Shown here in pieces: positions 13,440-26,700 of a stretch of 64,000 nucleotides of DNA. The stretch is from assembly GCA_951406725.2 (NCBI GenBank), contig OX597843.1, positions 3,410,001 to 3,474,000 on the forward strand, given 5' to 3'. The position numbers and the translations under genes are program-made. Each line of letters starts with the position of its first letter. Within the stretch, counting starts at the first letter, position 1. The notes below the pieces were generated by a model, which saw only the letters and a program-made list of their open reading frames with translations, was not told where the DNA came from and ran no database searches. The stretch comes from Octopus vulgaris. Taxonomy: Eukaryota.

Positions 13440-14210
13440 AAATTCTTCTCTACACAATACATATAGATAGATATATACACAGAGATACAAAGCATGCACA
13501 CACATTGTATAATATAAAGCATACACCTCTCTCTACACACACACATACAGACCATGCACATATATATATTGTATACACACATCTCTCTCCCTCTACACAC
13601 ACACATCTATGTATGATATAATAAAAAGTATATATATATATATATCGTGTATACAAAGCATGCACACACATTGTATAATATAAAGCATACACCTCTCTCT
13701 CTCTACACACACACATATATATATATAGACATAGAGACCATGCACACATATATTGTATACACAGATCTCTCTCTCACTCCACAGACATCTATCTGTCTGT
13801 CTATAATAAAAAGTATATATATATAGACTGGTATACAAAGCATGCACACACATTGTATAATATAATGCACACACATTGTATAATATAAAGCATACACCTC
13901 TCTCTCTCAACACACACATATATATATATTATAGACATATAAACCATACACATATCTCTCTCATCCTCTACACACACATCTATCTATAATAAAAAGTATA
14001 TATAAATCGTGTATATAGACGGGTATACAAAGCATGCACCCACACATTGTATAATATAAAGTATACACCTCTACACACACACACACAGACCATGCACACA
14101 TATATTATATACTATAAAGTATACACATATATCTCTCATCCTCTATACACACATATGATATAATAAAAAGTATATATATATATCGTGTATACAAAGCATG
14201 CATGCACACA
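13440..14210. repeat. Degenerate tandem repeat / compound microsatellite
   Basis: About five copies of TACAAAGCATGCACACACATTGTATAATATAAAG separated by (CA)/(TA)/(CT) tracts. Confidence 0.8.
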
Positions 14211-14276
14211 CACACATATAAATATATGTATTGTACAACCACAATGTAATAAAGAATAGACGTATATGTAACTCAC

Positions 14277-14490
14277 GTAGTAACCTCCAGCATGGGCCGA
14301 CATCAATCCGTCGAGCAGAGGCAGAAGCTTGGCCGTTGGCTTCGTGTAAGACCTCCGTCCGAGCCTAACAACATCGGAACATGTGTTAAGACGTAGAAGG
14401 GGAAGAAGGAAGAAAGGGATTCTCTCTGCTAAGACATAAAGACGTATTGTGGGAGTATGTAATTCGCGATCAACGCACCGTAGCAGGCAT
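14277..14490 (-). other. Candidate non-coding first exon of the zinc-finger gene
   Basis: Strong donor TAC|GTGAGT at 14271-14276 after unique CpG-containing sequence. The coding exon starts at an acceptor (441), so an upstream exon is required. The 5' limit is uncertain. Confidence 0.5.
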
Positions 14491-14760
14491 AGATGTACGT
14501 ATATACGGGTATATATGTATCTAGGTGTGTATATGTGTTCGTAGGCAGACAGATATGTGTATATATACGCGTGTATATAGGTGTGTGTATGTGTCAAAGG
14601 TTCTGTAATGAAAATTAGTGGTGGGGGAAAAAAAATGGCGTTGCTTGTCGTAAATTTTTCCACCAAGGGAGACAACTCGGGTAATTTGTCATATTATGCG
14701 CCGACCAACGAGCTGATGATGCAGAAGGGACTAAACGAGGAAGTTCACCGCTTCCGGTAC
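14460..14760. promoter_or_regulatory. Candidate housekeeping-type (possibly bidirectional) promoter
   Basis: YY1-like AAAATGGCG (14632-14640), ETS-like CTTCCGGT (14751-14758) and TCGCGA (14464-14469) in unique CpG-containing sequence. Confidence 0.5.
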
Positions 14761-15264
14761 CTACAGCTTTCTCTCACCCCCCCCCCCCAGTGTCTTCGTT
14801 TTTTTTTCTTCATGCATCCTTCTTTCTCCTCCTCTTTCTTTTCTTCGTCCTTCCTTCTTTAGCTTTCTCCTTCACCTTCTTTTTCTTCCTCCTCCCCTCG
14901 AGTTTTCGTTCTTTCTTTTCTTCATCCATATCTTATTCCTCTTTGTTCTCCTGTCCTCTCTTTCCTTCTTCTTCAACTTTCTCCTCATCCTCCTTTCTTT
15001 TCTTCATCCATCCTTGTCTTCTCTTCTTCCTCTTTGTTCTCTCTTTTATTCGTCCTTCCTTCTTTATCTTTCTCCTCCCTCCCCTGTCCTCCTTCGTTCT
15101 TCCCCCCGTTCCATTCCTGCTCTCCTCTATTAATAACAGAAGTGACCCCTGCCATGGTCAAGTGCTGCAGCTGGCACAGTTCAGAACCTTTGCTGAAATT
15201 ACACCCACCTCTACTATCACTTTTAACAGATTCCCTACAACCTCATCCACCACTTTTACTAATA

Positions 15265-15618
15265 CTAGCAGTATCGCCTGGTGTTGCTCGGGTTTGTTTC
15301 GACCCTTAAGAATTGGAATTTTTGAAAAGTCAAAATTTTGCATTATGTAGCTTGTTATTCTCTTTAAGTGAACATTTTTCTGGTTGAAATACACCGAAAA
15401 ATGGTGAGACAGCAGTCAAAAAATAGGTATTTTCATAGAAAAAAAGCACCTTTTTGATGTTAACCTGGTCCGATTTGACTTTTTTCTTCTACGGAAGGAA
15501 GAGCAAGCCTTCTATCATACTCTAAATTTTGGTCAACTTGCTCTGCAGGGTCTCGGAGGAGATAGTGTTAGTTGAAGGCTGCCATACACAGACAACTTCA
15601 GCTTTATATATATATAGA
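15265..15618 (-). mobile_element. Non-autonomous Helitron (complete)
   Basis: On the minus strand it starts A|TCTATATATATAAAG and ends with a hairpin CCCGAGCAACACCAGG...TGCTAG|T. Inserted between A and T with no TSD. Confidence 0.85.
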
Positions 15619-16061
15619 TAATTACCACAGCCAGCTTTAAGGATAAAAATGCTCTGGGTTTGTGCCAGGAAGGAGTACAAATAATGCTTTCAGTCACTAA
15701 ACATTGGTTGACTGGAATAAGCCTTTAACAAGATACCACTTTGCATTAAGAAAACTACAGGGTGGTCCAAAAGTTGCCTGTGCCCTCTATGTTAGCCCCT
15801 TGTGGGTAGTAAAGAAATGGGTATTTCGTATGCTGTTACGTTCTGAGCTCAAATTCCACCGAGGTTCACTTTGCTTTTCATCCTTTCGGGGTCAATAAAT
15901 TAAGTACCAGTTACGCACTGGGGTTGATGTAATCGACTAAATCCCTTTGTTTGTCCCCTCTGTGTTTAACCCCTTGTGGGCAATAAAGAAATATATACAT
16001 TGTCTGACCTGGCTTGGTTTCCATGGCTGGATGCACCAGCACGTGTTTTACCTATGTGTGT

Positions 16062-17050
16062 GTCATCATCATCGTCCGTTCTCCATGCTAGCATGGGTTG
16101 GACGGTTCGACCGGGGATCTGGGAAGCCAGCACCAGGCTCCAGTCTTATCTGAAAAAGTTCCTACAGCTGGATGCCCTTCCTAACGCCAACCACTCCGCG
16201 AGTGTAGTGGGTGCTTTTTACGTGCCACCGACACGGAAGCCAGTCGAGGCGGCACTGGCTTCGGCTACGATCCGGATGGTGCTTTTTACGTGCCACCGAC
16301 ACGGAAGCCAGTCGAGGCGGCACTGGCTTCAATCCGGATGGTGCTTTTTTACGTGCCACCGACACGGAAGCCAGTCGAGGCGGCACTGGCTTCGGCTACG
16401 ATCCGGATGGTGCTTTCTACGTGCCACCGACACGGAAGCCAGTCGGGGCGGCACTGGCTTCAATCCGGATGGTGCTTTTTACGTGCCACCGACACGGAAG
16501 CCAGTCGAGGCGGCACTGACTTCGGCTACGATCCGGATGGTGCTTTTTACGTGCCACCGACACGGAAGCTAGTCGAGGCGGCACTGGCTTCAATCCGGAT
16601 GGTGCTTTTTACGTGCCACCGACACGGAAGCCAGTCGAGGCGGCACTGGCTTCAATCCGGATGGTGCTTTTTACGTGCCACCGACACGGAAGCCAGTCGA
16701 GGCGGCACTGGCTTCGGCTACGATCCGGATGGTGCTTTTTACGTGCCACCGACACGGAAGCCAGTCGAGGCGGCACTGGCTTCAATCCGGATGGTACTTT
16801 TTACGTGCCACCGACACGGAAGCCAGTCGAGGCGGCGCTGGCATCGGCCACGAGTCGGATAGTGCTTTTTACGTACCTCCAGTCCCAGGACCCTGGCATC
16901 TGCCAGTCATAGGATTGGTTCAATTTCGATTTCACTTGCCCCAACAGGTCTTCGCAAGCAAGGGGGGTTGCCATAGGTGCCTGTCGTCAGATGAGGTTCG
17001 ATATCGCCTTCGCTTGCCTCAACAGGTCTTTGTGTGTCCAAGGGGGGAAA
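16062..17050 (-). mobile_element. RTE LINE 3' UTR with expanded internal repeat array
   Basis: The family (GAT)n tail reads as (CAT)n at ~16063. Tail consensus sequence flanks the array. Confidence 0.8.
16211..16875. repeat. Tandem array of ten 68/62-bp units
   Basis: Unit starts (ACGTGCC core) at 16220, 16288, 16351, 16419, 16481, 16549, 16611, 16673, 16741, 16803 and partial 16871. Confidence 0.95.
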
Positions 17051-17509
17051 GGCATGCACATATATGTATGCATGCACGTATGTATCTTCTTAAGCAGAGC
17101 TTATTGATGGCTAAACACCATTAGCAATGATAATAACAATCAGTAAAGGCACAACACAGAAAGGAGATGAAATAATCAGCTTTAATCAACAACAGGAAGA
17201 TGAAAGTTTAAAAAACTGTAACAAAATACCGAAGGGACATTTTGTTCCGTCTACAAATTCTGCCACAACAACATAACAATAATTAATAAAAACAAAATAT
17301 AAAATGACAAGAATAAAAACCACCCCAAATAAGAATATTAAAAAAATAAAACTGATGTCCGTGTGATAAATCTGAAATGTATGATAAATGTCGTTATGGC
17401 ATGGCAACCCAACAGAAGCCGACCCTGAGTTGATCTTCAAAAGTCATTCCGTCCATGGACCCAGATTTCAGTGGGTGCAAGAGAAGCGTCTTTCTTTTTT
17501 TTTTTGTAG

Positions 17510-17770
17510 TTATTTCTTCTTTTTTATTGCTTTTGGTTGTGTTGTTTTTTTCTTCTTCTTCGCTGAAGGTGACATTTCCTCCTCCTCTTCCGATGCCTTG
17601 GTTTTTGTAGCCGGAGATTTTCTTTTAGAGGGTTTCTGCCGATTCTTCGGTTGATAATCATCGTCATCATCCTCATCGTCGACAGCAGCAGCCGAGGTGG
17701 ACTTTGCAATACTCTGAGTATTTTTAGCTTTTGTCTCTTCTGCTTGAATTTCTTCGAAGTCTTCAGGTTC
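17510..17770 (-). CDS. XPC: XPC terminal coding exon 21
   Basis: aag|[12 protein letters not shown]...KAIKKKK then TAA at 17510-17512. Confidence 0.8.
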   Translation of the reverse strand, partial: EPEDFEEIQAEETKAKNTQSIAKSTSAAAVDDEDDDDDYQPKNRQKPSKRKSPATKTKASEEEEEMSPSAKKKKKTTQPKAIKKKK

Positions 17771-20700
17771 CTTAACAAACAAAAATAATAACAACAATGG
17801 TTTCAAATTTTGGCACAGGGCCATCAATTTCTGAAGGAAAGGAGTTTGGTTGATTACATCAACCCTGAAAGGATGAAAGGTAACGATGTCCTTGGTTACA
17901 TTTGAACTCAGAACATAAACACAGATGAAATACCTATTTCTTTATTACCCACAAGGGGCTAAACATAGAAGGGACAAACAAGGACAGACATAGGTATTAA
18001 GCTGATTACATTGACCCCAGTGCGTAACTGGTACTTAATTTATCAACCCCAAAAGGATGAAAGGCAAAGTCGACCTCGGTGGAATTTCAACTCAGAACGT
18101 AGCGGCAGACGAAATACTGCGAAGCATTTCGCCTGGTATGATAACAGTTCTGCCAGCTCGCCGCCTTGATTTCTTTAAAACCCACAAGGGGCTAAACATA
18201 GAGGGGACAAACATAGTTATTAAGTTGATTATATCGACCCCGAAAGGATGAAAGGCAAAGCCGACCTTGGTGGAATTTGAATTCAGAACGTAACAGCAGA
18301 CAAAATACCTATTTCCTTACTACCCACAAGGGGCTAAACACAGAGGGGACAAACAAAGGGATTAAGTCGATTACATTGACCCCAGTTCATAACTGGTACT
18401 TAATTTGTCAACTCCGAAAGGATGAAAGGCAAAGTCGACCTCGGTGGAATTTGAACTCAGAACGTAGCGGCAGATGAAAGACCGCTAAGCATTTCGCCCG
18501 GCATGCTAACATTTCTGCCAGCTCCTTACAGTTTCTATCTCCCAAATCTACTCACAAGGCTTCGGTTGGTCAAGGGCTATAATAGACACTTGCCCAAGAT
18601 ATCATGCAGTGGGACTGAACCCAAAACCACGTGATTGGGGAGTAAGGTTCTTAACCACACATCCACCTGTGTCATCATCATTTAACATCTGTTTTGCATG
18701 GATTGGACAGAACGACTGGAGCTGGTAGACCAGAGAGCTGCACCAGGTTCCGATCTGAATGCCCTTCCTAAAATGGCCACCACTCCAGAGAGTGTACAGG
18801 GTGTCTTTTACGTATCACCTAAGGAAATAGATAAATCCATACCTGCAAGTCGTATTTCCTCTTCAAGGCTTCGCGAATTCGCAGTCCACGGATAAGCTTC
18901 TTCCAGTTTCCATAGATCCGCTTTTCTCGTTTCTGTCAAACAGAATAACAATAAAAAATAAAACAACAGTAAAATTGGACAAATTTTACAAAAAACAAAT
19001 ACATAGGCACAGGTGTAGCTGTGTAGTAAGAAGCTTGCTTACCAATCACATGGTTCCAGGTTCAGTCCCACTGTGTGGCACCTTGGGCAAGTGTCTTCCA
19101 CTATTACCTCGGGCCGACCAATGCCTTGTGAGTGGATTTGGCAGATAGAAACCCATCGCGTATATATATATATGTGTGTGTCTGTGTTTGTCTCCCCCCC
19201 CCCCAACATCAATTGACAACCAATGCTGGTATTTATGTCCCTGTAACTTAGCGGTTTAGCAAAACAGACTGTTAGAATAAGTACCAGGCTTACAAAGAAT
19301 AAGTCCTGGGTTCAGTTTGCTCGACTAAAGGCAGTGCTCCAGCATGGCCTTAGTCAAATGGCAGAAACAGAATATATACATATACATACTAAATCCGTTC
19401 GTCAGCTCCGTCTGGCACATAAAAGCACCCACTACACTCTCGGAGTGGTTGGCGTTAGGAAGGGCATCCAGCCGTAGAAACTCTGCCAGATCAGACTGGG
19501 CCTGGTGCAGCCTTCTGGCTTCACAGACCCCAGTTGAACCGTCCAACTCGTGCTAGCATGGAAAGCGGACGCTAAATGATGATGATATATATATATACAC
19601 ACATATACATGTGTGTATATAGGCACAACGTGGCTGTGTGGTAAGTAGCTTGCTTACCGACCACATGGTTCCGGGTTCAGTCCCACTGTGTGGCACCTTG
19701 GGCAAGTGTCTTCTACTATAGCTTCAAGCTGACCAAAGCCTTGTGAGTGGATTTGACAGGCAGAAACTGAAAGAAGCCTGTCGTATATATATATATTTAT
19801 AAGTATGTGTTTGTCACCCCCACTTGTGTTGTTAAATACAGTATGTTTATAAGAGATTGTATCTTGGACAAAAACTGCAGTAACTTGCCTATCAACTCTG
19901 TACATACATTCAGTATCGAAACACAGATGGCAAAGATATTGATGAGATATAACAAAATAAATTAATATTTACCGCAGTTTCTCTTTCTTTGGCAAGTTTT
20001 TGTTCTTTGTGCCATTCAGCCAGAACCTTCTCCTTGTGTTCAACACACACAATCCAACCATCAAATCTGAAATATTCATTAGAAAAAGACCCTGTTATTA
20101 CACTGTGTAACGAGATTTCTGTCCTTGGATGGCAACTGTTATTTGCTTACTCTTAGAAAGTCTGAAAAATGGCGAATATTTCCTTCAAACTTTGCCTTTG
20201 TTACATTTATTCAAAACCCAAAGAATCCCTAGCTTACCTTTCGACTTATTCTAGAAGATGGTTGAGTCCATAAAATAGGATTTGACTACACCTCCATTTA
20301 GAGCACAGTTTAAGCTATCTTTTCATGGAAGAAGGTTTATGTTCCTATAACCTGTGTTAATTCTGTAACCCTTTAAGATGAAAGATAAGAAGTTTCATTT
20401 TCGGCACTTTGGGAACCAGACAAAAATTGCTGTAGCTTGGCTGGGATGTGTTACCCCACCCTCCATATTGCTCCTTCGGATTCTCACTTATTCAGGTCTC
20501 TGCAGAATAGTCTTAATGTTAAAGATTTCAATTCCTTGGATGACGTAAAAAAGATACCTTGATGAATTCTTTGATATGAAACCACCTCAATTCTGGGAAG
20601 AGGGTATTTTCAAGTTAAAGGAAGGATGGAGACGCATTGTGCAACAAAATGGTTCATTAACCATTTTGATACCAACCCAGCTGAAACCACCTCTGGCCCT

Positions 20701-23700
20701 GTAGTACAAATGTCTTGTTTCCATAAGTTTTGAATTAAAATCTTCCACCAAACTTTAGTCACTAGCTGAATGATAACTAAGTTATTTTACTAAATTCTTT
20801 GTTATATTTAAAGTAATTGAAAGAAACACAGAGCATCTCAAAATAAATACAGTAACGAAAGGGTTAAAAATGTAATGGCAAGTATTTATTATCAACAACA
20901 ACAATAATGAAATGAACTTACACTGGATGAGAAGATCCACCATGGAAGTCCCAGCCGACCATTGCAGCGGCACAGTCCAAACCCAGCTTCCTAGCAACAC
21001 GATTGAGGCCTGGTTCTGGTGATGGAGAGCAAAAGAAGGTAAGTGTGAAGGGCAAGAAAAGATAAGAGAGAGAGGTAGAGAAACAAAAAAGACGTATAAC
21101 AATGACAGAGTGAGGGACAGAGCAATTGTTTGAGTATATGTTTATATATATATATGTGTGTATGTTTATATATATATGTGTTTGTGTATGTTTATATATA
21201 TATATGTGCATGTGTATATACATATATGTAAATTTAAATAATGAGAGTGATAAACTGAACATTAATTTAAAACCAGTAGCCTAGCATATAGAAAAATTGT
21301 AATAGATGCGTATAATATTATTATACGTATAGATGATGATATATATATGTATGTATATATATATGTAAGAGACTGCTTGTCTCAGGAACATAGTGTCTCC
21401 CCTGTGTGTAGCCCCTTGTGGGCAGTAAAGAAATAAGAAACTGAAAGAAGAGTGCATGAGTGTGTATATATATATACAAAACAAGAAAAGAGAAACAAAC
21501 CTGTCAAATGGACCGTTCCTCCTGGTAACATGGATGGTTTATACAGCTCAACATTCCCATATTCATTACGGGGGATTTTACCCTAGAATTAGAGAGACAT
21601 GCATTCATTTTATATATACATTTCATATATACACACGTTAAAATACAGTATACATACATGTAAGTATATATATACACACATACACATTATATAATGTAAT
21701 CTCAAGTAGACTAAGCCTAAACAGGATAGTCATTGCTGGAGACAGCTTTTGTTTAATCAATGTTTGTACTGGTGCCACATTAGAAGCACCTAGTACACCT
21801 TGTAAAGAGGTTGGCCTTGGGAAGGGCATCCAGCAATAGGGACCAGGCCAAAACAGACAATTGGAGCCTGGTCAAACTGGGGGGGGGGGGGAAAAGAAAA
21901 AAAATCATCACCATGGTGGGGGAGGTGGTGTTAAATTCTTCGGAGGTGCACTCACATTGACAGCTGGAGGGGGAACATAGACTTCGGTCTGCCAGAAACC
22001 AAAAACTTCAAGGTCTGGAATGTCAGGATTTTCTTTTGGTTTATTCTGGAATTAGATTTGAAATAAATAAACAGCCACAACAACAACAACGGGATCTTTA
22101 CCTTTTGACATAGAAAAACTAAACACTTGAATAAATATTGTAACAAAAGTAAAGTTTGAAAGAAATATTAGCCATTTTCCAAACTTTCTAAGAGTAAGCA
22201 AACAGGAAATGACAGTTACTGCCCAAAGACAGGAATCGTGTTCCACAATGGAATAAACTTCTATCGAATACGAAATCGTTCAACATCAATGGAAATTGTA
22301 GCTGAGATACCAGTGCCGGTGGCACATAAGAGAACCATCCAAACGTGGCCGTAGCCAGCGCTGCCCCTACTGGCCCCCGAGTCGGTGGCATGTAAAAAGC
22401 ACCATCTGATCATGGCCGTTTGCCAGCCTCGTCTGGCACCTGTGCAGGTGGCACATAAAAAGCACCCACTACACTCTCGGAGTGGTTGGCGTTAGGAAGG
22501 GCATCCAGCTGTAGAAACACTGCCAGATCAAACTGAGCCTGGCTTCCCAGACCCCAGTTGAACCATCCAACCCATGCTAGCACAGAAAACGGACATTAAA
22601 CGATGATGATGACTACGGGTACAAGGCCTGAAATTTTGAGAAGGGGCCAGTATAATTTCTAATTAGGTCACAAACCCAGCAGATTTGTGTTGTGTGTGTA
22701 AGACAAAGTAAAGAATAGTTACCCATTTCGGCCTGGATTTAACCATTTTGTAAGGTTCTTCACCAATCTAAAGGAAATGAAAAATACTCACGGTGAGATC
22801 TATGTAATAAAACATGCACACACATACAACCTCTGTCAGTCCGTCTGTCTCACATACACAGTGTCACTCACTCTCTCTTACTCTATATCTCCCTACCCTC
22901 CTTTGTATGTCTATCTCTCCCTCTCCCCGTCTCTTCATTGCATTATTTTCATCTCTCCCTAATATGGTATACATCAGTTCATCTCCTCCCAGCCTGTCCT
23001 TCTCTATATCTGTCTTCCCCTCACACAACATCTACTCTAGCTCTCCATCTATTGCTCCTAATATGGCACATCTCTCCATCTTCTCCACTCTCTCCCTCAC
23101 ACATGATCTCCCTTTATATTTCTGGTTAGAAGTAAGTTCCAAGATGGTCACTAACCTTCACACATCTTCCTTCTTTCATCCATGTCTCCCGGGCATGTAA
23201 CTGAAATAAAATATTTGATTAAATTTAATATTGCTTTCAAATGAAGTTGGCAAGCTGCCAGAAACGTTAGCACACCGGGCGAAATGTTCAGCAGTATTTC
23301 GTCTGACATTACATTCTGTGTTCAAATTCTGCCCCTTGTGGGTAATAAAGAAATAGGTATTTAATGTTGCTTTCAAATTCAATCCTTAATGGATGAAAGG
23401 CAACCTTGGTGAATAATAATAATAACAACAATCATTTCTATGGGAGGCCCCAAATTGTGGGGTGGGGACTAGTCAGTTATATTGACACCCAGTGTTTCAA
23501 GGGTACTTAATTTATTGACCCTGAAAAGATGAATAGCAAAGTGGTGGTGATGATGAAGAAGAAAAGTCGAGAGATATGACAGGTTAGCTTGGGAAGTTAA
23601 GCAGTTGTGGTCGATGGAAAATATAGACAGACAAATAGTTAGAGAGACAAACAGTTAGACTGACAAAGAGATAGACTGATAAACAGACATAAGATCAGAT

Positions 23701-26700
23701 AGAGAGACGAACAGATAGACAGGCAAACAAATAGGCCCTTAGTCACAGCTCTACAATAAGGGCTGATTGGGGCTCAACAATATTTGTAGATAAGACTTGA
23801 ACTTATAACCTAATAATTTAGAATTTTCATCTTTACCTGGACCACACATTCTCTGGCATAAATTGGTTCGTTTCTAATGAACCCTAGGGGTACTGCAGAG
23901 TTGGGGTAGATAGCTTCAAACTTGAGAAGGTGGCGCTTCAAGGCATACCTAAAAAAAAGTTGAAAGAAACTATGGTTGAATGCTTTCAAGAAAGAGCTTA
24001 CACCTGAAGATAAAGATGAGAAAAGTACAGGTATGAGATAGGTATGGCTGTGGGATAAGAAGTAACCCATCCCACTCAAAAGGTCTCTGAATAAGGGTTG
24101 TTTAAAGATGTTGAACGAACCACCCATGTTTCCAAGGGTGAATTATTCAAACCCCAAAGAATCCCTCTCAACACATGGCTATGATGCTCCCCCACTACTT
24201 CTGCTCGTGATCAGAGATGCACATATCGTCAGCCACTAAGGGACATGCTCAACTGGTTACGGTCAAACAACTGACAAGCAAATCTGTGGTATTGAGCAGA
24301 ATATTTGCTGTAGACCATCTTTTATACCAAGACAAAACAATGTACATGATAACACTTCCAATCAGTTAAGATCAGAAGCCATGAGAGCCACTGCCTGGTA
24401 CTGCATCAGGGCATTTATTATTATTTATTCAAGGCACTGCTTGGAAATGAAATCGGAATTGGGGTTAGTAGCCTGTGCTCTGAACCACTAGACGAAATGT
24501 GGTAACAGCAAACAAGATGAGGACACATATTCGTCCGATGTAAATAATGTACAGAATTCTTAATTGCTAAACACAGATTAATTAGTAAAAGACACAAATA
24601 CTTACAAAGGATGACTTTTGAATTCACCAATTGTTTTCGGGAGAGGTTGGTCGAGAAGCTGGCCTGTGGAAAGAACAATTTACACACATACATACATATA
24701 TATATATATTTTCAAACAATTAGAAAGAACATGGCATGGGAATATTATCAAAATTTTTTTTTCCTTTTAATTTTACAGTTGGATATACAGCAGAAATTAT
24801 TTGGCTACTGTGAGTATGTGAATATATATATATGAGTATATATACATACATATATACACACATAAATACAAATATATATATAATACACACATATATAAAC
24901 ATATACATACATATATATATAGTTAATCCAAACATGAAAACACAACAATGCGAGGACATACAACAAGTATAGTGTTCTTGGACGCTATAGAGAACTACAA
25001 ACCAAGGATGTTATATAAACCTTCTTGACTCAAATTAGAGAAGGGGTGCATATTATACACAAGGTTTACGTTTCTCAGAGGTACAGCCCCCAAAAAATCC
25101 CCTGCATATTATACTCAAGGGCGGACTATACTCAAGGATTTACGGTATATAGCAAATTATGCATTGTATAACATACACGTGTTTCATCAAATCACTGCCA
25201 GGATTACATAATTACTTGTTCATTAACATCTTCAGTGTTCAGCAAAAACTAAAAAGAAAGGTGTTAGACCTTTTATTTGCTCATCTTCTTTGACATCGTC
25301 TGCACTCGTATTTACATAAGGCTTCAGTGTCTCATCCCACCATTCTTTGTCCACTCGTAGCTTTCTCGTTTTCACCAGGAAGTCATCAGAGTAGCGAGCA
25401 GTCAAGTCTTTGAGGTAGCCATCTGAAACAAAACACAAAATTGACTCGTTACCCAAACGAAGCATTAATCAATGGCTTGTCAGTTTCATACTCATCCCAA
25501 GGCACGGAAAAGGAAATCTTCGTACGACCAAACGCATTTTCATGAGGATCAACAATGGCTGATGGAAAACAGATGTTGATGATGATGAATCCATTTACGA
25601 GGTTGTGGTTGGCCCAGGGCTAGAAGCCACTCGCCCAAGATTCCATAGAATGGGATCGAAGTCTGTGGTTAGGAATTGAACTCTTTCACCTCACAGCTAT
25701 AAAACTAGGAATGAAGGGATCAGAGAGAAAGAAAGAGGGAAAAGAAGACGGCAGGGTTAACGCTACTCACCATTATCAAACGCAATAACATAAACTAGCT
25801 GCTGGCTGGACAATTTGCCAAAGTGACCAACGTCATCAAACACAAGGTCAACACAGTCCACAGCTGCAAGGAAAAGAAGAAGAATACAAAAACATCAGCA
25901 ATAAAGCAAAGAAATTTAAACAGAAACTAGCACTATGACCTGGCAACGCCGGGTCACACTGCTAGTACATGCATATACACTTATTCTTTGTAAGCCAAGT
26001 ACTTATTCTATTGGATCTCTTTTGCCGAACCGCTAAGTCACGGGGACGTAAACACACCAGCATCAGTTGTCAAGCAATGTTGGGGGGACAAACACACACA
26101 CACATAAGACTATACACATGTATAGTAAGCCACATGTGATATAGCCACATGTAGTCATGGTTATACTTACAAAGCCATCTGTTTTCTTTTTCAAGGTAAA
26201 CCTCAATCCAAGTCTCTAAATCTAAAAAATATAAGCAAAATATAATAAAAATATTGTCAGGCTTGAGGATGGACATTTTTTTTTTTTGGTAATTAACAAG
26301 AATATAGTAAAGAGCCCCTTTGGTCATGAATGACCATGGGATTGAACCTAGGAAGTTACCCTCCAAAGCAGAAGTCTGGGGAACATTGTTTATGGAAGAC
26401 CAGTAATCGCCCATGCATACAGGCCTCTCCTCTCCACACCACCAATGTTTCATATTTCTTTATTGCCCACAAGGGGCTAAACATAGAGGGGACAAACAAA
26501 GGGATTAAGTCGATTACATCGACCCCGAAAGGATGAAAGGCAAAGTCGACCTCGGCGGAATTTGAACTCAGAACGTAACAACAGACGAAATACCTATCTC
26601 TTTACTACCCACAAGGGGCTAAACACAGAGAGGACAAACAATGTTATATATATATTATATTTATTTTTTTGTTTTTTATGTATTGGTTTATGTCTATCAC

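Noticed and set aside
14790-15350. 186-aa F/S/L-rich ORF (and a similar one at 30141-30549)
   Set aside because: Translation of polypyrimidine/polypurine low-complexity tracts.
15976-17124. Repetitive ORFs and a CRISPR-like periodic array
   Set aside because: Units are contiguous with no unique spacers, there are no cas genes, and the context is a eukaryotic LINE UTR.
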